Of a stretch of DNA of 64,000 bases, positions 38,238-50,207 are shown piece by piece. Where the stretch lies: assembly GCA_010015585.1 (NCBI GenBank), contig ML975173.1, one strand, 5' to 3'. Each line of letters starts with the position of its first letter. The stretch's first letter is position 1. Made by a program: the position numbers and the translations under genes. This DNA is from Eremomyces bilateralis CBS 781.70 (lineage: Eukaryota). A model generated the notes under the pieces. It was not told where the DNA came from. It made no database searches and saw only the letters and a program-made list of their open reading frames with translations.

Positions 38238-40262
38238 ATGGCACAACCAAGTAGTACCGCTTCGGTGGGAAAGTTTCTCGACTTCTCCCCTCTACCCGAT
38301 GAGGCGACAAGGGATGGAAAGCCGGTTCTCAACAAGTACTCCCAGAAGGTCACCAGGGAACACGATTTCCCGGGAGCCAAAGTAAGCAACCCCCGATGAC
38401 AATTGGCTAGCAGGCGAAGAACTGAACATGAATTAGGCAATGCTCTACGCAGCTGGTGTTCCCAATGAGGAGATGATGAAGAATGCACCCCACGTGGGCA
38501 TCGCTTCGGTATGGTGGGAAGGAAATCCGTGCAAGTAAGTCATGGGGACTGATTGAAGTCGGAGTATTACGCATTCTAACATACATTAGCTCTCATCGTT
38601 AGTGACTACCCTTCCCCTGTGTCAAATGACAATTGTATTGATCTATGCGGTTCGTCATAGTGCTTGATTTGGCAAAGATCGTGAAAGATGCCGTGAAAAA
38701 GCAAGGTTTCTTAGGATGGCAGTACAACACCGTTGGCGTATCCGATGCCATCACCATGGGAGGCGAAGGTACTTTGCTCAATTTATACTCGGAGATGCTC
38801 TCAGTAACCGGGACTAGGTATGCGCTTCTCGCTGCAGACGCGGGAGATCATTGCCGACAGTGTGGAAACCGTCACTTGTGCCCAGCATCATGACGCCTGC
38901 ATTGCCATCCCTGGGTGCGATAAGAACATGCCAGGCGTGGTGATGGGTTTTGCCCGGCATAACCGTCCATCGATCATGATCTACGGCGGAACCATCCAGC
39001 CGGGGTATAGCCAGTTGCTGAAGAAGCCGATCAATATCAGCACCTGCTACGAGGCACAGGGGGCATGGGCGTATGACACGCTCAAGAATCCCGATGACCC
39101 CTCGCAGACGAAGGACCAGATCCTCGAAGACATCGAGAAACATGCCTGCCCGGGCCCTGGCGCCTGTGGAGGCATGTACACCGCGAACACCATGTCGACG
39201 GCTATAGAAGCCATGGGCCTCTCCATCCCTGGGTCATCAAGTACACCCGCAACCTCACCTGCCAAAATGCGGGAATGCATGAAGGCCGCCGAATATATTC
39301 GGATTTGCATGGAGAAGAATATCCGTCCACGCGACCTCCTGACTCGCGAATCCTTCACCAATGCCCTGGTCATGATGATGATTCTCGGTGGCAGCACGAA
39401 TGGCGTCCTCCATTTCCTCGCAATGGCCAACACGGCCGGCGTTAACCTTACTCTCGATGACATTCAGTCAGTATCGAACCGTATCCCCTTCATCGCCGAC
39501 TTGGCTCCCTCTGGCCGCTATTACATGGCCGATCTGCATGAAATCGGCGGCACACCTGCCGTGATGAAGATGCTCGTTGCCGCCGGATTACTGAATGGTG
39601 ATATAATGACTGTGACCGGACAAACCCTCGCCGCCAATGTCGCCTCCGCACCGTCATTATCCCCAGGACAGGATATCATCCGTCCTCTGGACCAGCCCAT
39701 CAAGGCGACAGGCCACATCGAGATCCTCCGCGGCAACTTCGCGCCCGGGGGCGCAGTCGCCAAGATCACCGGGAAAGAAGGCCTGCGCTTCACCGGCAAG
39801 GCGATGGTCTTCGACAAAGAGCACTTCCTCAACTCCGCTCTGGGCCGCAGCGAGATCCCGCGTGGTGAGAACCTCGTCCTGATCGTCCGCTACGAGGGCC
39901 CGAAGGGCGGCCCGGGGATGCCGGAGCAGCTCAAAGCCTCCGCAGCGTTGATGGGGGCGAAGCTCACGAACGTGGCGCTGGTGACCGACGGCCGCTACTC
40001 CGGGGCGTCGCATGGGTTCATCGTCGGGCACGTCGTGCCGGAAGCCGCGATGGGTGGGCCGATTGCGTTGGTTAAGAATGGGGATATCATCACGATTGAC
40101 GCGGAGAATCATCGGATCGACGTCGATATCAGCGACGAGGAGATGGAGAAGCGGAGGAAGGAGTGGACACCGCCGGCACCGAACGTGACGAGAGGGGTGT
40201 TGGCGAAATACGCGCGTTTAGTGGGCGATGCGAGTCATGGGGCATTGACGGATTTATTCTGA
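38238..40262 (+). CDS. ILV3: Dihydroxy-acid dehydratase, Ilv3B-type paralogue without an obvious mitochondrial presequence; 5 exons including an 8-nt microexon
   Basis: [68 protein letters not shown]. Confidence 0.95.
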
Positions 40263-40529
40263 CTGATACGCATCATGAATATGTAGATATGGTCGTTCGC
40301 AAGAAATGGTTCGTGGACATGGGGAGGTTCACGCATGGGACATGGCTGTCGGTGTATCATCTCATCATTACATCTATAAAGAATACTGGACCGGAAATGG
40401 GAAGGAAAATCCAATGCGACGCTAGATACTCTCAAGAATCGCCAGCGGACGTCCATGCCAGACGAACAAAACGATGTGCACCCAAATCCACTGCCAGGCG
40501 TAACCAATATCAACCCACGTCCCGCATAA

Positions 40530-42731
40530 CTAGTGGTAGAGTGTATCCTGCGTCCGCTTGCTCTGCTGAGCCGTCTGGTGCAAATGCTGCGTAACCTCCA
40601 GCACCGTCTCCATATGCTCATAGCCCAAGATCTGCTCCCGGCGCCGTGCCAGCAGCTGCGCGGTCTTCAGAATATTCTTAATCTGTCGCCCGTTCATATC
40701 CTTCTCCGCCAATTTCTTCACCTGCTTCTCGGTGAGCGAGTTCTCGATCCCGCTCTTCTTGCTCGACTCCAGGAAGTTCGTCCAGACGGTCTCGCGCGCC
40801 TTGGCATTCAGGTCCTGGTAGTTCAGAGAGATGTGGATGCGCGATTGGAAGGCCGCGTCGAAGGTCTGGACGCGGTTAGTGGTGAGGAACATGATGCCTT
40901 CGTAGTACTCGAGGATGCGCAGGAAGATGGTGACAAGCTTGTTGCGTTCGAGCTCGTGGAGGCTGCGTTCCTCGAGGAAGACGTCGGCTTCGTCTAGAAG
41001 CAGGATGGCGTTCCACTTCGTGCACATCTCCAGGATGTTCTGCAGTTTCGTCTCGACGTTCCGCGGGTCGAGGCCCAGGTCGCCAGCGCTCATGGTGTAC
41101 AACGGCACTTTCATCTCTTCCGCCACCGATTCCGCGGTCAGGGTCTTTCCGACACCCGGCGGGCCGCAAAGCAACATGATGATGCCCTTCCCCTTCCCTT
41201 CGATCACATCATCGAAGCTCTCCTTGTATTTCCGCTGCGACTCGGTGAATCCCAAGATCAGCTCCTTCTGATTCGCCGGCAGCACCAGGCTGTCGAACGC
41301 TGTCTCGCTCCACTCGATCTCCCGGACGCCGCCGATGAAGAAGTTCAACCACAGCTTGTTCTTCAGCGCGTACCCCCGGAGCAACGGGCTGCAGATCAGT
41401 TTCTGCTCGTCCGTCAGCGGCTTCCGGCGCATCTCGTCGTTCTCGTCGGAAAACCGCCCGTCACGCGGCATGCCGCTATCGCCGCAGTCCTCTTCTTCGT
41501 ACGAATCGTAATCTTCGTCTTCGGTCTCCTCCGTCGCTTCGCCCGATCCAAGGCCTGGTGTCGCTGTATCGTTCTCCTTCGATGACAACGGCGTGACGTA
41601 TATGGCCTGGTTTGGGTTAAAGCGGTTCCAGCCATACGTGTCGATCACGATGCGGCCTTTGATGTTGTATTTGTCCCGACCTGGAGTGAAAGTGCTACGC
41701 CGCCAGCCAATGCCATGGTAGGCTTTGTAATGATTGCCAGAAAGGCTTTCAACCTGGCCTCCACGCTCGATCAGTCGGGCTTTCAGCAGGTCCGGTTCAG
41801 TGTGGAATGAGAGAGGGTAACTGCCGAGACTGCAGATTCGCCTGGTGCCGGAGAAGGCACTGATATCGTGATTGATCTTCTGCGTGCCGAATCGGCTGCC
41901 ATCGAAATCGATGTACTTGCCGGTTACCCAGTAACAAGGAAGGTTGTTTCTATCCGTGCCATATTTGCTGCTCGCTAACTTAAGTGCGGTCTCCTGGCCG
42001 TCTTGCCGTGCGTATATAATTTCGCCAGGCTGGAACAGCGTCCACAGATATTCGTAGGTGATCACGCCCTTGCTCTTCATATCCTGACTCGTTTCAATTG
42101 TGTCCTGGAACTCCGACAGCAAGATATCAAAAAGCAGCTGCGCATGCTCGCGCGTCTTGCGATCGTCTTCTGAGTCCTCACTCAAAGCCGCTATCGCTTC
42201 CTGCATTTCCTGCCAGCGATGAATGAGCGGCTCAAATATGCCGGAGAACTCCAGACGCGCCAAGTCGACGGTCACGCCCGGGTAGTCCTTGAGCACCTTG
42301 GTGAGGAATTGTTTCAAGAGCGGGCTCTGGATGACGATGGAGTGGATCTTCAGGACGCGGCGGGGGTCGTTGTAGACCTTGACATTTCGAACTATCAAAG
42401 CATATTTGGCGGTCTCGGCATTCTCGACCGGCTCACCAATATCCTCTGGAATCGACTCTTGCCAATGGAACCGGCCTCGCTTGTCCTCTTTGCCAGAGTA
42501 CAGGTTCTTGGAGCCGCAGGTCATGCCTAGCTCGGCTGGATCGAGCGGTTGTCCCGGCTCTGATTCTGTGGAAGACATCTTGACGCCGTTCGTCTCCTGG
42601 GATTGGCCGTTGAGACTAGACCCTAGTGTGACGGTCTTAACACCGTTGGTAACTGCAGTGGTTTCGCCTTCAGAATCCGACTCCGAAGAGTAAACCGCTC
42701 TGGTCTTCGATGTGGCCATTGTGCCAGGCAT
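40530..42731 (-). CDS. Fungal AAA+ ATPase (DUF7025-type N-terminal region)
   Basis: 733-aa ORF; FDDVIEGKGKG, Walker A GPPGVGKT, Walker B LLLDEAD, FLTTNR, AFQSRIH, NGRQIKN. Confidence 0.9.
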   Translation of the reverse strand: MPGTMATSKTRAVYSSESDSEGETTAVTNGVKTVTLGSSLNGQSQETNGVKMSSTESEPGQPLDPAELGMTCGSKNLYSGKEDKRGRFHWQESIPEDIGEPVENAETAKYALIVRNVKVYNDPRRVLKIHSIVIQSPLLKQFLTKVLKDYPGVTVDLARLEFSGIFEPLIHRWQEMQEAIAALSEDSEDDRKTREHAQLLFDILLSEFQDTIETSQDMKSKGVITYEYLWTLFQPGEIIYARQDGQETALKLASSKYGTDRNNLPCYWVTGKYIDFDGSRFGTQKINHDISAFSGTRRICSLGSYPLSFHTEPDLLKARLIERGGQVESLSGNHYKAYHGIGWRRSTFTPGRDKYNIKGRIVIDTYGWNRFNPNQAIYVTPLSSKENDTATPGLGSGEATEETEDEDYDSYEEEDCGDSGMPRDGRFSDENDEMRRKPLTDEQKLICSPLLRGYALKNKLWLNFFIGGVREIEWSETAFDSLVLPANQKELILGFTESQRKYKESFDDVIEGKGKGIIMLLCGPPGVGKTLTAESVAEEMKVPLYTMSAGDLGLDPRNVETKLQNILEMCTKWNAILLLDEADVFLEERSLHELERNKLVTIFLRILEYYEGIMFLTTNRVQTFDAAFQSRIHISLNYQDLNAKARETVWTNFLESSKKSGIENSLTEKQVKKLAEKDMNGRQIKNILKTAQLLARRREQILGYEHMETVLEVTQHLHQTAQQSKRTQDTLYH

Positions 42732-43703
42732 GTTGGAAGCGTGAAGCGGTTAGAGTGTAGCTTTGATAGATGCTATCATAAAAATAGACACGAAGCATTT
42801 AAAAACAAGTCAAACAGCGGGCTTGCTTCAAGGCTTTAAGCATGATTTGATGGAAGAGACTGGAATTATATAGACTCGAGTCGCAGGACTGTGGAATCTC
42901 CAGACAAGGCAACTGGTCTGCTGCCTGATGGGAGCAGGGTTACCGTGATCCTCCACTTGAGTGAGTTGAGGCTGTGTGTGTTGAGTCACAGACAGATGGA
43001 TGCTCCTGTTGGTTTGAATTATGCATCTCCATTTATTGACTAGAAAAGATACTGATAAGCTGAACCAAGTACACGCCGTCCACTTTGGCGGAAATCCTAG
43101 GACGAATGAAGACACCAACCTAGGCGGCGTTGCCGTACATTCTGACCGGACACCGGGAGAGATGCGTGGTGAGTCGTCCAGTCCTGTGTCCAATGTTGAC
43201 GCCTGCAGAGGAAGGGATGCATCACATTGGCTGCGACAGCGGGTGCCCTTCCCCCTCCGCATGGAACAGTCCTCGCTCCTCAGGTTACCTGGGTACGATT
43301 TGATAGTCGAGGTGGTATATATTGTTCGCTGCAACGGAATATTGCCTCGTAAGTCGTATATGTGGATCACTCTGTGGATGCGACCGAAATATCATGATTG
43401 ATGAAAGAGGAGATCGATGTCCCGGTTGTACCAAGTGGTACTGGTACCAATCAGCGAGTCATGTAAATGTTGATGCCTGGGAAGCAGCCAAGAAATGCGC
43501 CAAAAGCACAGGGGAAAGCTTCAAGCCGACAATGCTGCTAACGGCTTCTGGAGTTAGGCTCTTATCCCCCTGTCAAATATCAATATCAATCTTCAATCAC
43601 AGCTTTCTGCAGGTTCATTGTCAACCTTACCACTACATTCCGCTAGACATTTACCGATAGCTCCCGTACTCAATCGAGCAGTCAACACCTCCACTCCTCC
43701 AGG

Positions 43704-44605
43704 ATGCCTCTTGATACCTCGTCATACACCCTCTCCCAGCTCCGGCTGGATGGCCGACGTTGGAATGAGCTTCGGCGCATCCACGCTCAAATTTCCACCC
43801 ACGCCGCCGCGGATGGATCGAGCTACTTGGAGATGGGTAACACGAAAGTCGTGTGCACAGTGACGGGCCCCGCCGAGGGGAGAAGAGCTGGGGGTCAGGG
43901 TGGTGGAGGGGATGTGTTGGACGTGCGCGTGGAAATCGGATTGGCGGGATTTAGTGGGGTGGAGAGAAGGCGGCAGGTGAGAGGAGACAAGTAAGTGATG
44001 CTTTCTATCTAGTATCCAGTTCGACTTTCGGTATAAGAGTGGTCGCATATGTGCTTAGACGTCTGAGAATTTAACACGATCTGTATATTGACCTCAATGC
44101 TAGACGAATCTTCGAAATGGCTCACACGATCACCGAATCCTTAAACCGGACCCTCCTCACCAATCTCTTCCCTCGGTCAACCCTCTCGATCTCACTTCAT
44201 GTCCTTAGCCAAGATGGCTCACTTCTCGCCGCCTTGATCAACGCCGCGACACTCGCATGCGTCGACGCCGGTGTCCCAATGAAGGATTACCTAGTCGCAT
44301 GCACCGCGGGCTGCATGAGTGCCGGCGCTCCTCCCCCACCGCAAGTAAAGGCGGATGACGACGGCTCAAACGATCCCATACTCGACCTCACCGCATTAGA
44401 AGAGCAGGAGTTACCGTTTCTTACAGTGGCAACCGTGGGAGCGGAGGATAAGGTCGCGGCGCTGGTCATCGAATCGAGGTTCCACGCAGGACGGCTGGAT
44501 GAAATGCTTGCGGTGGGGGTGGATGGTTGTAAAAGGGTCAAAGAGTTGGTGGATGAGGTGGTGAGAGCACAGGGTGCAAGGTTGTTGGGATCCGATGAGG
44601 GATGA
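43704..44605 (+). CDS. RRP41: Exosome RNase PH-like subunit Rrp41/Ski6, 2 exons
   Basis: RLDGRRWNELR, ADGSSYLEMGNTKV, intron 43991-44103, VLSQDGS, LINAATLACVDAGVPM, DLTALEE. Confidence 0.92.
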
Positions 44606-44878
44606 TGAGTGCTGTAATCGGCGGTCGCAATATCGGGCTACATCACGATGAACCCACTTCTTCACCGTGACTTGAGGTCTTCACGTCCGAAGATGAATAT
44701 GGCGCCGAAGAGCCGTGCGAGTGTCCGGCGGGCTCAACTCACACGTACGATCACTGGTATGTCGAAGCTCGCAAATTGAGTCAGGTCAAACGAGCTGAGA
44801 TTTCGATGAGACGCCTTCGCTGTCAAATTGAGAGACCTTATCTGGAGCCGCGGAGCCACCGCTACACCACCTATTCGA

Positions 44879-45272
44879 CTAGCTCTTGTTGCCCGACCCA
44901 GGGTTGCCCTGCATTGTTCCGGGGGTATCTTTCGACTGATTCCGGTACCAGTCGGAGGTTGTGCATGTCGTGCTCTTGCAGTCGGCAGACTTGACGCCCG
45001 CCTCAAAGGTGCACATTGGCAAGGATTTGGAACGATGGGTTCCGACGGGAGGGCCTGTGTGCCGAATCAGCCACTCGAGTTCGCTATGCAAATCGGGGAA
45101 AGATGAGAGTCACTGTTGCTATCGAAGGAGGTTTTACCTGAGTTGTTGTAGGGATTGTAGACCCTGAATAACAGGTTCACTGATTGTAGTCGTACTTGAT
45201 GCCGCCGACCCCGAAGTCTTGGTCGTAGTACCCTGCGTCCTAGAAGTTTACTCAGGGCCGGTGTAGTTGGTG
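44879..45272 (-). pseudogene. Possible decayed gene fragment of unknown family
   Basis: Strong C-ending codon bias in TNYTGPE-/NF*DAGYYDQDFGVGGIKYDYNQ, followed by VYNPYNNS and CTFEAGVKSADC...WYRNQ, interrupted by stops and frameshifts. Confidence 0.3.
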
Positions 45273-46483
45273 CTGTTCAGGCAGTATTGTGAGCAACAGT
45301 TCTCTTATAGCTTAAAAGATCATGTCATTGCAGTTAAGGTCCGTCCACGTGCAGAGGTTGACGTTATGAAGTGGACGTGATAACCATATACTGATATATA
45401 GCAAGATTAGCGGTTCGAATAGTTTGATATTGCAGTGAGATGTGATTCTACGAAGGGAAATGATGACCACGAGATATAAATACTATGTATGCATAGCCCC
45501 CTCTAATTTTGGTCACCAAATTGGGATTTAGGACTGTATGACGTTTTCAGAAACATCAGTCTAACCCTTCGTTGACGCCCTACAAAGAGGATTCGACAGG
45601 TAGCGTTGCATGGCGCGCTGCTGCCCTTGATTCCGTGCCCATGATGACTCCGAGGAGCGAGGAGCGAGAGTATCCACTGGATTCCCATCGGTGTCACCAA
45701 ATCGCCCGGAATTGCGGCGAGGGTTGGCGCACGCCAAAGGAAGGGGGATTCAATCAAGGCCAGCCTTACCCACGATCGCCGCGATTGGGCCTACAGGGCA
45801 CACCGGAGATTGGGGATTAGGGTACCCTGTTTCAAACCGTCAGGTTTCGATGGCACAGCGGATGGAGATGAGAAGGGGGAGCAATCTGGGTATCCTGGTC
45901 CTCATGCCTGACACAGTGATACTGGAGTGACTAGACAATTATTGACCTGAATCCTCAATCCTGATCTTTGACCGGCTTACCTAGTGGCCAGTGCCTACAG
46001 AGTAAGGATTGGGTGCCTGATTGCCGATCAGCAAGTCCTGCCGACTGGATAAGGATTTGCTGGAATGTGTGCGTTGTCATCATGTCAGATTCCGACCACG
46101 TGGATCTGTCCTCCGATTTGATGCAGAACATCATAACATGCAGACGATCAGGATCGGTCCAACATTGAGATCTTGATATGGCCGGCCGGCTGCACGTGAT
46201 CACGCGATCATTTCGCTCCACCCCCCCGCTCGGACGTCAAGTTCAGACTTTCTGACCTCAGTAGACAATCAGTTTACCTGAAGTGCACTCACTCACTTTG
46301 GCATGTCCAATGAGACGCAGTATCTCATTATAGAAGTGACTGCACTCCATGAAATTGCGTTTTCGGTATCCTCATGGTTAACGCAGTGTCCAGCGGGAAG
46401 AAATGTCGTCTCGCGTCACGACCAATACTTCTTTCACGTGTAATGCGTCCTGAACGACCACGGTAGAATCATCGAACAATGCG

Positions 46484-49400
46484 ATGTCTGCAAAGGAATT
46501 CATCGACGGCATGTGGATTGTCCTTTCATAGTCCATCCGAAATCGCTAACTTGTATCTAGATTTAGCATATGAGTCAGCCGCTGAGACTGTCGATGATGA
46601 TCATAATCTCGAAGAGAAGACCGGCATAGTGAAGGGTCGTGGAGAACGAGTTGAGTGGTCAAGCGATGATGACGCCGAAGCCGTCTACAAAGCATTCAAG
46701 AAAAGGAAGTCCGATCAGCGGAAACGGCAAGCTGCAAACCAGAAGAGAGCCAGAGCATCCGCGAAAGGGTATGAAGAGTCCATAGTCGGGAAGAGGAAAC
46801 GGCCAGTTACGAAAGACCATGAAGGATCTGCCAAAAGAACCCAAAGAGCCTATGGGGACGAGTCCGGAGACGAAGACCTCGGCGATGAGGCCTTGCCTGA
46901 CTATGTCAAATCCCGACAAACCGGATTTAACGAAAACCGGGAGAGACTTGGCGAAGCGGGACTGAAGCTTCCTCCTCTCTACGACGACATTGATTTCTCT
47001 GATGATGAACGGGTATCATCGCTGAAAGAACGACCGGTATTTACAGATGTGAGGCTGTCCCGTCCAAACGAAGATCACAAGATGATGTTATCCGGCGGTC
47101 TAATTCCAGCGCCCATTGCCAAGTATCTCCGTGATTACCAAGTCAAGGGAGCGGAATTTCTGCACGAGAGCTTCGTTTATCAGAGAGGTGCCATCCTCGG
47201 CGACGACATGGGGTTGGGAAAAACCATCCAAGTCATTGCCTTCCTCACCGCAGCGTTTGGAAAGATGGGGGATGAACGTGACGCAAAGCTCATGAGAAAG
47301 ATACGCAAAGTAGGAGGCGATCGATTCTATCCTAGAGTGCTCATCGTTTGCCCCGGGAGTCTCATGGACAATTGGCGATCGGAACTTCATGGATGGGGAT
47401 GGTGGCATGTCTACACATTTCACGGCTCAACTGACGATAAAGAAACGGCGCTACAAGCTGCACGAAGCGGACGAGCTGAAATTGTCATCACGACATACAC
47501 AACATACCGACTGAACAAGAGTGCCATCAACACTGTCGATTGGGATTGTGTGATTGCGGACGAGTGTCATGTAATCAAAGACCGAAGGTCTGAAACGACG
47601 CTCGCGATGAATGAGGTCAACGCCCTTTGTCGGTTGGGGCTAACTGGCACTGCGATCCAGAACAATTATGACGAGCTCTGGACGTTGCTAAATTGGACCA
47701 ACCCCGGACGATTTGGCAACGTCACAACCTGGAAACTTTGCATCAGCAAGCCTCTGCAGCTTGGGCAAGCACATGATGCAACCGTTGGCCAGTTGGCAAG
47801 GGCTCGAAAAGTTGCGCAGCAGCTTGCCAACAACCTTCTACCGCGGTTCTTCCTACGCCGCATGAAGACTCTCATTGCCGATCAACTTCCGAAGAAGAGT
47901 GATCGAGTGGTGTTTTGCCCCCTTACCGAGAAACAAGCCGATGCCTACGAAAATCTTGTGGACGGTGAAATCATCCATCATATCAAACAGATCTCAGACC
48001 CATGCAGTTGCGGCGAACCAGGGAAATTGTTTGGATGGTGCTGTGGCCAGGAAATCCCCGGAAAGGAACCTCCGAGATGGCAAGCCTGGGTCTTCCCAGC
48101 CATCCTGACCCTTCAGCGAGCAGCCAACCATCTTTGTTTGCTGGTACCCTCTGGTCTGGATCATGTGGAGAAGGAAAAGAGAGATGTGGATTGGCTGAAA
48201 GAAGCCTTGCCAGACGAGTGGCGCAGGCTATACCGTGAACGGGACAATATCATGAACTACGCTCGAGAAGAATATTGTGGGAAATGGAAAGTCCTCAAAA
48301 AGCTTCTCGGGTTCTGGTCTTCGAATGGCGATAAGGTGTTGGTTTTCAGCCACAGCGTGCGATTGCTGAAGATGCTGAAGATGCTATTCACTGCGACGAC
48401 CTCATATAATGTTTCATACTTGGACGGTGCGATGAAGTACGCGGAGCGGACGCAAGTCGTGAACGACTTCAACGCAGACCCACAGCAATTTGTCTTTCTC
48501 ATCAGCACTCGCGCCGGCGGTGTCGGCTTGAACATTACATCAGCAAACAAGGTGGTAGTGGTCGATCCGAACTGGAACCCTTCCTATGACCTCCAAGCGC
48601 AGGACCGAGCATACCGTATCGGGCAGACCCGCGATGTCGAAGTTTTCCGACTGGTCAGCGCCGGCACAATCGAGGAGATAGTCTACGCAAGACAGATATA
48701 CAAGCAACAGCAGGCAAATATCGGGTACAACGCCTCGGCCGAGCGACGGTACTTCAAAGGCGTTCAGAACATGACGGAGAAGAGAGGTGAAATCTTCGGT
48801 TTGCAGAATCTTTTCGCGTACCAAGGAGACAGCGTCGTCTTGCAGGATATCGTGAATAAGACAAATATCGCTGAGTCCAAGGCTGGCGTTGCAATCGTAG
48901 ACATTAATACGGACATGACGCAAGATGATCCTGAAGGTGGTGATAACGATGACCTGCACATCAAAGAGGAGGCTGCCGCTATGAACGAACTCGCAGAGAG
49001 CATCAAGATCGGTGACGGACCGGCACCAAAAGGGAAAATCAAGTCTGGAAAAGGCCTGGCATCGAAAAAGAAGAACGCGGACCCAATCCAGGCGATCTTG
49101 GCTGGAGCAGGCGTGGAATATACGCACGAGAACTCTGAGGTCATCGGCTCATCGAAAACGGAGAAGAAGCTGAGCCGACGAGCCGTTGAACAAGAGCTTG
49201 ACCCCACACTGATGAGCAAGGCAGTCTTTGAAAGTCAGACGGGCACCAGTTCGGGGAAGACGAGTTTCGAGACCGGTCCTGAAGGAACGCCAGTCAAGGG
49301 ATTTGACCCGAGGTACCTACCGCAGAAGTATCAGCCGCCAGAGGATGTGAGACGGCGACAGTTCTGCTCCATGGCCAAGGAGTTTGGACTTGATGCGACG

Positions 49401-49586
49401 CAGTTTGCGCTGACTGTCGAGGGATGGACACAAGCTCAGCGTAGGAATTGCCTGGAGAGATTCTACAAGATCAGAAGGCAGCGATTAGCGAACCCCGACG
49501 CGGTGTTGGCTGAGGTGCCATTAGATACCCTTAAGACCGAGGTGAAGGACGAGAGTGAAACGGACAGCGGTGAGGAACTACTGTAA
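46484..49586 (+). CDS. SNF2-family ATPase, ERCC6L2/Rad26-like DNA repair protein; first intron probably GC-AG
   Basis: LRDYQ, GDDMGLGKT, DECH, LTGTAIQN, KVLVFS, STRAGGVGLN, QAQDRAYRIGQ, VEYTHENSEVIGSS (VIGSSK-like motif). Confidence 0.9.
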
Positions 49587-49780
49587 CGATTGATGATGAA
49601 GAGCCGATATGTATTAGGTTACGGCTTAATGACGGCATACGACAATATATCTTGCAAAGCAAACGGATCTCACTCTATATCAAGCCCGTATAGCCCCACT
49701 GCAAAGAAAACCGCCACCTCCTAAAGCTCCAGCGCTGCCATAACCGTTCAGTCCACGCACCAACGCCGAACACCAAAGCA

Positions 49781-50207
49781 TCAAATCTTGACCACATCGT
49801 TTGCAGCCGGTTGTCGAGGTGGCTGATCAAACACATATAACGATTTCACCGAACCGATAAGTCTCAGCCATCTTGAGCTGTTGAGCTTTACGGTCGCGAC
49901 ATATCTCATGCTGTTCTGTCGCTTCGGATGTGGGAGGTCGACGAAGATGTCCGTCTGGCTTCGGACTCGAGGGAGGGGAACCACGGCGCTTGGTTTTCCT
50001 TTACATCACGGTTTGTTAGTATCTGGTTCTTCAACTGCAAGGCGATATCAGATAGGATGGTAAGGAAATACCCCAATGCTTCAGCATCTCCTTCGGAGCA
50101 ACGTAAAGGTCATCGTTCTCTTCCACGTACACAACCACATTCTTGCAGCGGTCCTCTTCAACCCGTGGCAAAGGCGTATCGACGACAACCTGAACCAATG
50201 TAGCCAT
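49781..50207 (-). CDS. Hypothetical 117-aa two-exon orphan protein
   Basis: ATG at 50207; intron 49999-50071 (GTATTT...TACTAAC...AAG) joins exon 1 in frame to the 49781-49998 exon ending in TGA. Confidence 0.55.

Noticed and set aside
38238..40262. ILV3 paralogue as an AstD-like self-resistance gene of a biosynthetic cluster
   Set aside because: No terpene cyclase, P450 pair or other core biosynthetic gene nearby; neighbours are unrelated
45412..45420. GGTTCGAAT resembling a tRNA T-loop/B-box
   Set aside because: No complementary T-stem, acceptor stem or A-box context
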